A DNA stretch of 51,720 nt, the filler included, from Streblomastix strix (taxonomy: Eukaryota), in the NCBI GenBank assembly GCA_008636045.1. It is 3 parts of 3 records of this genome, joined end to end, with 100 filler letters (N's around TTAATTAATTAA, not from the genome) between each part and the next. Parts side by side here need not be neighbours in the genome. Positions count along the whole stretch, not along the records: positions 1 to 17,182 come from SNRW01000715.1; positions 17,283 to 34,456 come from SNRW01000716.1; positions 34,557 to 51,720 come from SNRW01000717.1. One strand, written 5' to 3'. A program made the translations under genes and the position numbers. Of the stretch, positions 15,968-34,710 are shown one piece after another (the first letter of the stretch is position 1; every line of letters starts with the position of its first letter). Under the pieces are notes generated by a model. It was not told where the DNA came from. It saw only the letters and a list, made by a program, of their open reading frames with translations, and made no database searches.

Positions 15968-17182
15968 CACTTGTGTGCTAACATACAGGTTGATGGTAAT
16001 AATATAAAAGAAAAAAAATAAATAAATGAAAATATAATTTTTAATATTGATACGCATTTATTTGTTGTGATATATATGATTCAACAATATGAATATTTTA
16101 ACTCAAATTTTGGTCAATTTTGATATTTAAAACTTTTATTTATTATAATATTTATTTAAAGACGTTATATTACATAGATAAATATTATTAAAGTATAATT
16201 TATATTTAAATTGTTGCAGAAAACAAATTATTTTCATTCGCACTCTTCCACCTTACAAAATAAAAATTCTTTACTGACAATATCTCATAATTTAATAAAC
16301 AAAAATATAAATTAGTATAATATGTATTAGTTTAACCAATGAGCAGAAAAAAAGAAATTTTTTGATTACTAATTAAATTGCACCTTTCTTTATTATTAAA
16401 GCTCCTTAACTAATATACATACTAAAAATTGTAACAATAAATATTATTTAATTGCTAGTCAAAGCTCAATTATACAAATTCTGCTAGAATCAAGAATGAG
16501 AAAAAGCGTGCAAAATTTGTTTGAAGCTTCAAAACGCAATTCAAACAGTTAACATCATTTAAATATTATTATTTTATTTTAATAATAGAACTGTCATAAG
16601 CTTGTTAAGGCTGTAGTGTCAGATTCGACCCTGTGGCTGGCATACTGTTTATTCATGGCTCTATATAAAAAAATAAAATGATGTTCATGGCCTTAACATG
16701 CAAAATTATACATAAGATATACTTGTAGTGTATTTATACATAGCAATAAATAAAAATACTATTGAATTAAAAGCTTAAAGTTAATACTGGTATGAAAAGA
16801 GAGTGATTTATTTTGAAAAATATTTGATCAACAACATCCACCGAACTAGTTATAAAAAAATGCAAATGAGTAAAAATTGTGACTAAAATATGACAATAAT
16901 TATAAATATTCAGTAAATAATGATAAATAATAGTTGATTGTGGAGGGAAATGCATTTTTTGAGTATTTTCAAACTTATGACCTAAATATCTTAGATTTCA
17001 ATAAAAGTATGTAAAAAATGTGCTTTCAGTTCGGTTGTATTGTTTTGTAAATAGGATTCAAAAAAGTAATACATACGAAAGTTAGAATTCCCAATTAAAA
17101 GTTTTTAATTTTATTCAATGTGTTGTCATAAATTGAGTTAAATTTTAGTTTTTTGAATTGATGAGTATGGTTATTTGACAAA

Positions 17183-17282
17183 NNNNNNNNNNNNNNNNNN
17201 NNNNNNNNNNNNNNNNNNNNNNNNNNTTAATTAATTAANNNNNNNNNNNNNNNNNNNNNNNNNNNNNNNNNNNNNNNNNNNN
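17183..17282. other. Artificial contig linker N44-TTAATTAATTAA-N44
   Basis: 100-bp spacer containing a 12-mer that places TAA in all six frames. The same structure occurs at 34457-34556. Confidence 0.97.
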
Positions 17283-18812
17283 CAACCTGAGAGAAATAGT
17301 AATTAACAAATATATGCAAATTAATTAGGATAGTAATAATCTAAAGAATTACATTAATAAAATATAATTAAAGAACAAGAGAAAGAAAAAGTATAAAAGA
17401 AGGAATAAAATTAAAACAATTTTGATAAAAATAAAGAATCAGAAGAATTAAACGAGAACAAGAATTTATTTGTGTAAGAATAAGTGAAAGAATAAGATAA
17501 AGAATAAGATAAAGAATAAGAAAAAGAATAAGAAAAAGAATAAGAAAAAGAATAAGAACAAGAGAAAGAAAAAGTATAAAAGAAGGAATAAAATTAAAAC
17601 AATTTTGATAAAAATAAAGAATCAGAAGAATTAAATGAGAACAAGAATTTATTTGTGTAAGAATAAGTGAAAGAATAAGATAAAGAATAAGATAAAGAAT
17701 AAGAAAAAGAATAAGAAAAAGAATAAGAAAAAGAATAAGAAAAAGAATAAGAATAAGAATAAGAAAAAGAATAATTGAAAGAATAAGAGAAAGAATAAGA
17801 GAAAGAATAAGAACAATAAAATAAATAAGAAATAAAATCTCAAACTTTTCTTTCCACTTCAAAATCTTAATCTATTACTGAAGTAGAAAATTGTAAGAAT
17901 AATAATCCTAAGATATAATAGACTTAATAAAAAGAATAGTAATCTGATTTAATGCTTCCTTCACTTTATGATCTTTAGCCATTTATAATGATTCCAAAAT
18001 CATTGCTTGAGTTATGTCTATCTTAAGAGTATTCACTTTCATCTTTGTTCATTTTGATAACTTTCACATTAAATGTACTAAAGACAAATGCATTATTAAC
18101 ATAAAATAAAGAGAATGATGAAGCTAAAGAACATCAAAATAAAAAGAAGGGCATTCTGAATTTATTCTAAGATTCATTTACATCTCTTATTCTTAATATA
18201 TTCAATATAATTGATTCTATTGTTGTTACAAAGATTCTGGAAAATGAAATTGAATTTTAAGAACCAACTTCAGTTCCATATTCTATTTTCTCTCACATCA
18301 CAAAACGCATTATTTATACTTCTTTATTAGGAAAGTAATAATAATATTCTCCTAATTAATTAATTGATCCAAAATAATCATAGAATTTGCCTCATTTTGG
18401 ATCATCTGCTCCAATAATGCAACCCATTCATGCATTATTGTCTCCTTTAGAGAATACATGGTGGCTTTTCATTAAGAAGCTATTCTAAGAAACAGACAAC
18501 AATTAAACACTTCTTGTTTAATAATAAGCTTCATATCTTCACAATATTATTATATCTGAGATAAAAAGGTTAATAATAGAAGATTCTAAAGTGTATTCAA
18601 TAAATGAGCAAAAAGAAGAAAAAAGAGATACAGGTGTATTGGATAAAGAAAAGATTGAAGATAATTTCATCAAGAAACACAACCTTGGAACTTGTGGTGC
18701 TACAATACTTAGATAGATGATGAAGCATGGTTGGGATATTAAAGTCATAGAGGAAATAATTAGCCATAAACCATACCCACATACTTAGTGGGAAAATGAG
18801 GACTTAAAATGA
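17283..18812 (+). CDS. Hypothetical protein, 5'-partial, with a Q/E/K-rich repeat region
   Basis: Frame runs from the contig start (CAA CCT GAG AGA...) through QEKE repeats to ...HGWDIKVIEEIISHKPYPHTQWENEDLK-TGA (18810-18812). Length is 1530 nt and the frame at both ends is consistent. Confidence 0.72.
17371..17736 (+). repeat. Tandem duplication of a 183-bp (61-aa) coding unit containing a 12-bp TAAGAAAAAGAA (QEKE) minisatellite
   Basis: The unit beginning AAGAACAAGAGAAAGAAAAAGTATAAAAG occurs at 17371 and 17554 and is nearly identical. The 12-bp repeats continue to about 17810. Confidence 0.9.
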
Positions 18813-18944
18813 AAATTCTTTTTTATACATATTGTCATAAACCATATTCATAAAATAAATATACTAAATTCTGTTGCTTTTAACAAAATTTTTATTTCAT
18901 TTGCCATTATTTTTATCAGATAAGATATTTCGAACAAATGCCAG

Positions 18945-20488
18945 TCATTAATTACTATCATCTATGTCCATCTATGAGCGAACAGCATTATATTCTTCCA
19001 GTCCCCCTTCAGTAACCATCTCAGTGAGTTGTGCATCAATCTCATCATTTGTCAGATACGTGATTATTCCCATCTAATTTGGATCCTCAACTTCGCCTTC
19101 AATGACAGTTCCTGGTTATCCAATAGATGCAAAAGAAACAGAATCTGATGAAGGCGCTGATTCATGTCTCAGAATGGATGATGGAGCAACAGGACGTGAT
19201 GGAATAGGCTTCTATTTAAGTTCTGCAATTGCTATTTCAAGATCTGTGCTTTGAAGTTCCCTATTGATTGAACCTTACATTGCAGAAAGAGCAAGCTACA
19301 AATATGATATATGTATTCAATTGCAGTTAATAAGATTAATAATAAAATAAAATAATTTGTCTTCAACCTTCAATATCTCCTTGCGTGTACTATTCTTGCT
19401 ACGTTCTGGCCATTTAAGCTTCTTCTCCAGAAATGCTGTTGTTTCCATCTCTTTTACACCAGATGATGTAGCCTGGATATATATTGATTAAAGAGAATAG
19501 TAATATATATGAATATTAATATATATGAATATTAATATATATGAATAGTAATATATATGAATATTAGTATATATGAATAGTAATATATATGAATAGTAAT
19601 ATATATGAATAGTAATATATATGAATAGTAATATATATGAATAGTAATATATATGAATAGTAATATATATGAATATAAATATATATGAATATTAATATAT
19701 ATATGAATATTAATATCACACAAAATAACCAACGTAATGACCTGATGGTTCAACTTTGTATAATAATGGACCTTTCTCATCATCAACTCCAAATAGTGTT
19801 ATGCTGAATAATTGTATGAATAAAATAAATATACAATATAATCTATAAACCTTGCTCCATAAGCTCTTCCATAAGCATGCTACGTATAGAATTACATCTC
19901 TTCTGCCATTAATTTGGCCAAGTAATCAACAGGCATATCAATCCCATTCTCAAATTTGAATTTAGATGACTTATCACGTGCTTTATACAGGAGCATCTTA
20001 GAATCAGCTATAATCACAATGTAAATGAAATGAATAATAAATATTATTCTATTTGATGTGTACCTTGCATTCCAGTAAAAAGCGCTCCAATATGAGATGT
20101 TACATTGTATATATGTCTAACTGTATTAGATTCAATGAGTTTTTCCTAAAATAAATTAAAGTACTTTAGAATTAAATATCCAAAATAAATATCAATATCG
20201 TACAGGAACTTTTTTCTCAGAGATTGCTATAACACAATCACGCCCTCGAATAGCTAGTGAAGTTAGATTCTCTGATTTAATAGCTTTGTGGGCATATTCT
20301 TAATATTCATAATAAAATGGTAATAATGAAGTTGTATATAAATAGATGTGTTAATAAAGAGTTAAGCATACCAACTTAAAACAGTTTTCCTTCTATAATA
20401 TTATTGAATAATGAATTAATAATTAAAATAAAAATAACAGCAAACCTTTTGAGAACACAGTAATATAGTGATCTGATCCACTGTCCAT
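18945..20488 (-). CDS. PSMA6: 20S proteasome subunit alpha type-6 (alpha1)-like, divergent, multi-exon
   Basis: MDSGSDHYITVFSKEGKLFQVEYAHKAIKSENLTSLAIRGRDCVIAISEKKVPEKLI...IGALFTGMQADSK...FKFENGIDMPVDYLAK...GVDDEKGPLLYKVEPSGHYVG...SGVKEMETTAFLEKKLK. TGA at 18945-18947. Confidence 0.9.
19495..19715. repeat. Intronic minisatellite, 16-bp unit GAATAGTAATATATAT, about 13-14 copies
   Basis: Period of 16 seen directly (e.g. 19591, 19607, 19623). It lies inside an intron of the proteasome alpha gene. Confidence 0.92.
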
Positions 20489-21508
20489 CTTCTAAATTCA
20501 ACACAAATCCAATTGTACAAAAAAAGATTGAAAAAAATTGTTAGAAGAATTATAATATTAAGTAATAAAAATGGTAATCTTTAATGTAGTGGTAAGTAAA
20601 ATAGAAGTGTTTAATAACTTGACTATAAATATGTATTTATTTATATATTATAAAAATAATATGATTGAATAAAATTTGGCATTAATGAATATATTATTAA
20701 TTTAGATAATGTGTATTTGCAGAAAATGCTAATTAAAATATGATAAAAAATATGAATGATTTAAGATCACTTGGAGATTATTTATCTTTTAAATTAATAT
20801 AAATTAAATCTGATAAATATGAAATTATAGGTAAAAATCATTAAATTAGTAAAAAAATTATATTTTAACTTTGATTTGTCCTATTATAGTTTATGTTAAT
20901 TAGCAATAGTTAGAATTGGCTCAACTGATTCAGTTACCTTAATAAATGCTCATACATAATATTATTCAACCTCCTCTCCGTATTATTCTTGGATTTCAAA
21001 TTTTTGTTTTGTTTAATGTTTTAGCAAACTATTTGTTAGAATTTATTTATTACATGTAATTATTTAGTGTTTAAAGCTTCTGTTAACATCAATAAATGCT
21101 ATTGAAAAAACAACTGAATAGTACCAGCTAATTGTTGGAGAAAAATTATCCAAAATATTTGTCATTATTGAATCGTTTAGTCAATTTTGTTCACGCTTAC
21201 TCCTAATTTAATCAGATTTAAAATATACTTTAATGATTCATAATTCGCTGCTTAGTTAATAGATTTCAAAATAATTTATTTAAAAACTATTATATAGCCC
21301 TCATTTATTTGATATTATATATTTCATATCTTTTTCAACAAAATTCAATTTTAAACGTAAAATTTTATCGAGTGGAACATTTTTATAAAAAATATTTTTT
21401 TTTATATTAATTTTTTTGAATTGCAGCATTTTCCACTAATAATTATAACTTTTTTCATCACATATTTTCGTTTTAGAAAGCTTTCCGTTTATAATTAGGA
21501 TAAACTAG

Positions 21509-22336
21509 ATGCTGGAAAAGATGTAACACAGGTTAATGCCAGACGAAGCAAAGTTGCTTAAAAAATATGCCCCAGAATTGGCTTATGAGATAGAACCTTT
21601 GGATAATTATAGACCATCATAATTACAATCTTAAATGATTGATAAATCTCAAACATTTATTCCTCAGCATATTTAAAGAGAAAATCTTTCAACTTCAATA
21701 TTAAACACATAAAATTCAACTCCTATAATGTTATATACTTAATAATTAAAATAAAAATATAGTTAGAGAAAAAAGGCAATGGAAAAAATATTGGATGAAT
21801 AATAAAATGAAATTTAATAATTGAAACTTGAAAAATAGTAAATTAATTAATATATATTAATGCGAGAAGAAGAAATGGATAGGATGATAAGTGAATGGAA
21901 TAAAGAACGAGATAATTAAGTGATTCATTTGGAGAATCAAATTAAGCAGGATCAAGAAATACAAAAATATTTAGAATTATAGGTTGAGACGCTGAGAAAT
22001 CAAGTGTTTTAGATGAAATCTGAGAATATTCAAATAATCAATAAATTCCACTATTAAATGGAAGAAGCAATAAAATATGCAAAAGAAGAAACTCATTAGG
22101 AGGATTATGATATACAACTTGATAATATAAGAGGCTTGAAACAAGAAATAAGTGAGATTGTAGTAGTTTTGGTAGAAGCTAAATAAGCTTTAGATTAAGA
22201 AAAAAGAAAGATAATTTCATCCCAATCGAATCAACCTACTAGAAACTTATCAGAGAATAGATTAGAAGCATAATTCTCATCACTGAAAAGTTAACTTTAA
22301 AAATTCATGCAGGACAAAATTGAACAGAATAAATGA
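21509..22336 (+). CDS. Hypothetical coiled-coil protein (275 aa, single exon)
   Basis: ATG 21509 (MLEKMQHRLMPDEAKLLKKYAPELAYEIEPLD...) to TGA 22334-22336, 828 nt. The C-terminal half is E/K/Q/L-rich and heptad-like. Confidence 0.75.
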
Positions 22337-22586
22337 TTGAAAATGTAAAAATTGTTTAGTATAAAATAATTGATGCATTTCACTATTTTAAATTATTAAT
22401 CATTTTAAATATTTATTTATTTTTAATCATTTCATGCAATTATTTTATTTTTTATTTAAATATTATTGAATAAATTGACAAGTATGAAGTTTTCTAAAAT
22501 GGATTTTGTATGAAGGAAAGACATTGATAGCAAATAACAAAAAGCTCCTCAATATATGAGAATATATATTAGAATAATAGTGATGC

Positions 22587-24631
22587 TCAGTTTTCAGGAG
22601 ATTGCCACGATATCTCAATGCCATTCTCTGCGTGGGCAGCAGTTGGAACTGTAACGGGCATCATCACTCTTATCTCAACTGATGTTCCTTCCATTCGTAG
22701 GTAAATCTATGAAAAATAACAGATAATAAAAATATAACATTAAATTAAATATACAAACAAAAAAACGCATTTCCTGAGGAAGATTTGAGATGAAAACTCT
22801 TTATTGTTTGTCTCCAATGAAGAAGTGCAGAGTTCGAGGTTGTGATTCCATGTTTAATTCAGCGCCAACTTCATCTCCATCATTCCATTCATCATTCTGT
22901 CCTTTAATTGTTGTTTTTCCATGATACACAATTCCCCTAAAAGAGTTAAATAGAAGTTATAGATAATTGATGTAATTATTTAATATAAAATACATTAATC
23001 CATGAAATGTTGCAATATTACTCGATTTTCCAGGGAAAAAACTTGGTGGTATTGATATTGGAGTACTCATAGCACCAAAACCTTTTTAATGAATAAAAGA
23101 GAAAGGGTAAATAATAAAATAAATAAATGAACATATTATTAAATCGTATTGTATATTTAATATACCTCGTGTGAATCCAGAATTAGCAAATGTAAGACGG
23201 ATATGCCATATTCCTCTTCTAATAGGAGGGCCAACAGCAACAGTTGAATCTTCCTCGCGCTTTGCATAAAGGATGTTTTCTGATACTCTCACATTTCTAG
23301 TACTTGGAATATAGTATGCCTGACTATCAATACAAATATCATCTTCAGAAGCATCTTCCATAATTACTTCTCCATCTCTCTCTTATTCAACTTTCTTTTC
23401 CTTATCAAATCCTTTTTATTCAATAATTTCTTTATCTTTCTCCATTTCTTTCTTTTTTTCTTTATCTTTCTCTTTTGTCTTTTCTTTTTCTTTCTTCTTT
23501 TCTTTTATCTTTGAAATTGAAATCTTTCTTTGGGAAATACCAGAAACAAAAGGCTGAATTATCCTATGTTTCAAAATCTCATCTAATGAAGGTCTTTCAG
23601 ATGGATTCTAATAATAAAGGATATCTAATAATTATGAATAAAATAGTACTTGAATAAACCTTTGAAAGCATTCTCAACACAAGTTGCTGAAATCCTTCGC
23701 TTATATTTTAATTCTAAATTGGAGGAGGTGAGTCTTTGCGAATCATTCGATGTAGATCTGTGTTACTTGAACTGCGAAATGGTAAGTGACCAGTTATTAC
23801 TTCATATATACATATTCCTAAAGACCAAATATCAGAAGCGATTGAACAGCTGGAGAAAAATTAACAACAAATAAAATAAATAAAAAAATTAACTTATAAA
23901 ATTTCATACAACTTTTAATTGCATATTTCAGGAGAGTAATATTCACTAAAAAATTTGATTCATAAAACAAAAATAAAAGAAAAAAAAGATATAGAGAAAT
24001 ATATTATACAACAAACTTGTCTACATTATTAATAGGGTGTATTAAATTATCCTTTATTTCTTCAAAATCACCAAAATCGCATATTTTCAAGTGTCCATCT
24101 TCAGTAATCAAGATATTACTTGTAGTAAGATTAAGATGAAGAATATGCGAAGAATGGACATCTTGAAGGCCTAAAGCTAACTGAGCCAAAATAGATATTG
24201 CATCCTTCAGATAAATTAAGAAATATTACAAATAATGTTTAGAAAATTAAAATAATACACAATTTCTGATATTTCCTGTTTATCATCCAATTGTTCATTT
24301 ATAAAGTTCTTAAGTGTCCCACCAGAGCAGTATTCAGTTACAATATAAAAATATCCTTAATATTCAAACTGCTCAAAAAATTTTATTACATATGGTGAAT
24401 TAATTCGTGTCAAAGCAACTATTTCTTTTTCTATGCGCTTAAATGCTTCAATTTTTCCTTTTAATATTCGTTTCCAAATGTAATTGACTTTGGATTCTTT
24501 GTGCTCTACAACAGTAATTGTAGATTCTTGACCTTTATAAATTTCTTTCTATTTCCTGTCTGTTTCACACAATAATAAAACAATCAATTTGCATATATAT
24601 AAAAAGTTAGCATACATGTGTGGTGGGGCAT
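22587..24631 (-). CDS. Probable pseudokinase (NEK/CAMK-like fold) fused to a C-terminal SPRY/B30.2-like domain (multi-exon)
   Basis: MPHHTYRKQKEIYKGQESTITVV...YIWKRI...IVTEYCSGGHL...HILHLNLTTSNILITEDGHLKICDFG...YYSPE...SDIWSLG. A K/E-rich linker follows, then TVAVGPPIRRGIWHIRLTF...WNDGDEVGAELNMESQPRTLHFFIGDKQQRVFISNLP. TGA at 22587-22589. Confidence 0.82.
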
Positions 24632-25522
24632 CTGTCAGAAAATTTTCTATTGATAAGTATAATATGTTAAAAAAATAAATAAACTGTATAAATCTATCCA
24701 ATAAATAAAAAATGTTCTGAGTATAGCATTAATAAAAGAAGAAATAAAGATTTAACTCAAGAATTCATTTATTTATATCACATATTGCATGTTGTGGGTA
24801 AATTGATATGCAAATATATGATAATTTATATGATTAGTGTATATTACAAATGAAAAAGATAGTTTGGATTAAATGTTATATAAATATATGATAATTAAAA
24901 TAATTTGTATATAATAAATAAAAAGAATAATGTGGATTAATCAAAAAAGATTTGAAAAATTGTATTTGTACACGAGTTCGGTTTGATTCAATAATATTTT
25001 AAGTAGAACACATTAAAATAAATTTAGAATAGTATATATGTGTAATATTCAGGGAATGGTGTTGTTATAAATTCGGATAAGAGCAGTATCAGCGTTTTTG
25101 TTCGAAAATATTCAGATTAGTGTATCTAAACTATTGTTATGGTATTAATAATGATGATGAATCAAAGTTGGAGAGAACTGATATGTAAGTTCATTGATAT
25201 GTTCATATATAATTCAGATATAGAACCATTCATAAAAACGAAAATAAATTATATCATCTCCCACAATGTTCCAAATGTGTTGCAAATATATAAAGAAATT
25301 TAATTTGGTACGTTCACATAAATTTATAGAAAATTGTAATTAAATAAGAAACGCTTGGTACTGAAACTGAATTTATTCAAATAATATTAACTTTATTCCC
25401 TGGTCATTTAAATATATATATTTCTTAAAATTAAACTTATTATTTATTATTATTTCAAAAATTAACATCAATAAAAATATTTTGCAATTATAAAAAATGA
25501 AAAAAATTAAATTCATTAAAAT

Positions 25523-25888
25523 TAGGGTTGTTGGTGAAACCAAAACCTGTGGTGAAGTCAAAACCGCACTTTTTGATTTCTATATTTTTTAAAATTAATA
25601 TCAAAATTTATATGTATTTTGAAGTCTATTTTTCAAATATATGTTGATTAAGTTATGAAAGATATTTGTTGGTTCGCAATCCAGTGTTTTTTTAAAAAAA
25701 TTGGAAAAAATTGAAATTCTTATTTTTACGGATTTTAAGAATAATATTGTATAATAATAATTAATGTGTTACATATTAAATATAATATTAAAATTTATTA
25801 ACTGCTTATGAAAATATTAAATTTTTTAAATCATTAAAAAGTAAAGTTTTGACTTCACCACACGGTTTTGATTTCACCAACAACCCTA
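25523..25888. mobile_element. MITE (non-autonomous DNA transposon), 366 bp, with 42/43-bp terminal inverted repeats
   Basis: Left end TAGGGTTGTTGGTGAAACCAAAACCTGTGGTGAAGTCAAAAC (25523-25564). The reverse complement of the right end (25846-25888) is TAGGGTTGTTGGTGAAATCAAAACCGTGTGGTGAAGTCAAAAC, differing by one substitution and one indel. The interior is AT-rich and non-coding. Confidence 0.85.
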
Positions 25889-26119
25889 GTAATCTATCTC
25901 TTTGAAAATCTAAAAATTAGATAGATAATTTCTATAATCTTCTTGTTTCAAAATATTCAAGTTAGCACAATTATTTTAGATTGATTATAAACCGAAATAA
26001 AATATGAAATTTGTGTTATTAAAATTTCAAAGAATTGATATTTATTATACATTATAATGATAGGCTATGACTAAATATATTCAAACTTATAATCAAAAAA
26101 TCTAAATATCTTAGATGAT

Positions 26120-34301
<8,182 letters not shown>

Positions 34302-34456
34302 CTAGAAAATTAATATAACAATAAGTAATATAAAATTACAATAGAAAATGAATGAAAATAAAAAAATATGAAATAATGAATGAAATCATAAATGATTTTG
34401 ATATGTTTGTAATAAATTGATCTCAATAATAGTAATAAATACATATTATTTAATAA

Positions 34457-34556
34457 NNNNNNNNNNNNNNNNNNNNNNNNNNNNNNNNNNNNNNNNNNNN
34501 TTAATTAATTAANNNNNNNNNNNNNNNNNNNNNNNNNNNNNNNNNNNNNNNNNNNN
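34457..34556. other. Artificial contig linker N44-TTAATTAATTAA-N44
   Basis: Same 100-bp spacer as 17183-17282. Confidence 0.97.
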
Positions 34557-34710
34557 GACATAAGATGAGTGGAGCAAAAAATATTAAAGTTATTTCTCCG
34601 AGAAGTTGGAATATGATTAGATTTAACAGCAGGGGTCTGAGTATGAATATAACTTCTAATTCATATTTTATTTCAATCTTTTCTTCATTTTATATTAATA
34701 AGTTTTTAAA
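34557..34710 (+). pseudogene. Truncated duplicate of the ABCC gene (end of exon 1 plus intron 1)
   Basis: 34557-34700 matches 37543-37686 with one substitution seen. Similarity stops about 10 nt past the splice acceptor and no exon 2 follows. Confidence 0.75.

Noticed and set aside
16590..16645. tRNA-like words (CTGTAG, TTCGACCC, GCTGGCA)
   Set aside because: The T-stem does not pair and I could not build a D-arm or acceptor stem. tRNAscan-SE would be the definitive test.
17227..17238. TTAATTAATTAA palindrome as a biological site
   Set aside because: It is centred in N runs and repeated identically at 34501-34512, so it is a synthetic linker.
19495..19715. Regular repeat array as a possible CRISPR
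   Set aside because: The 16-bp units are head-to-tail with no spacers, lie in a eukaryotic intron, and have no cas genes nearby.
25050..25420. TGA-free + frame upstream of the MITE
   Set aside because: With only one stop codon, open frames of this length arise easily. It has no clear start or recognisable motif, so I left it uncalled.
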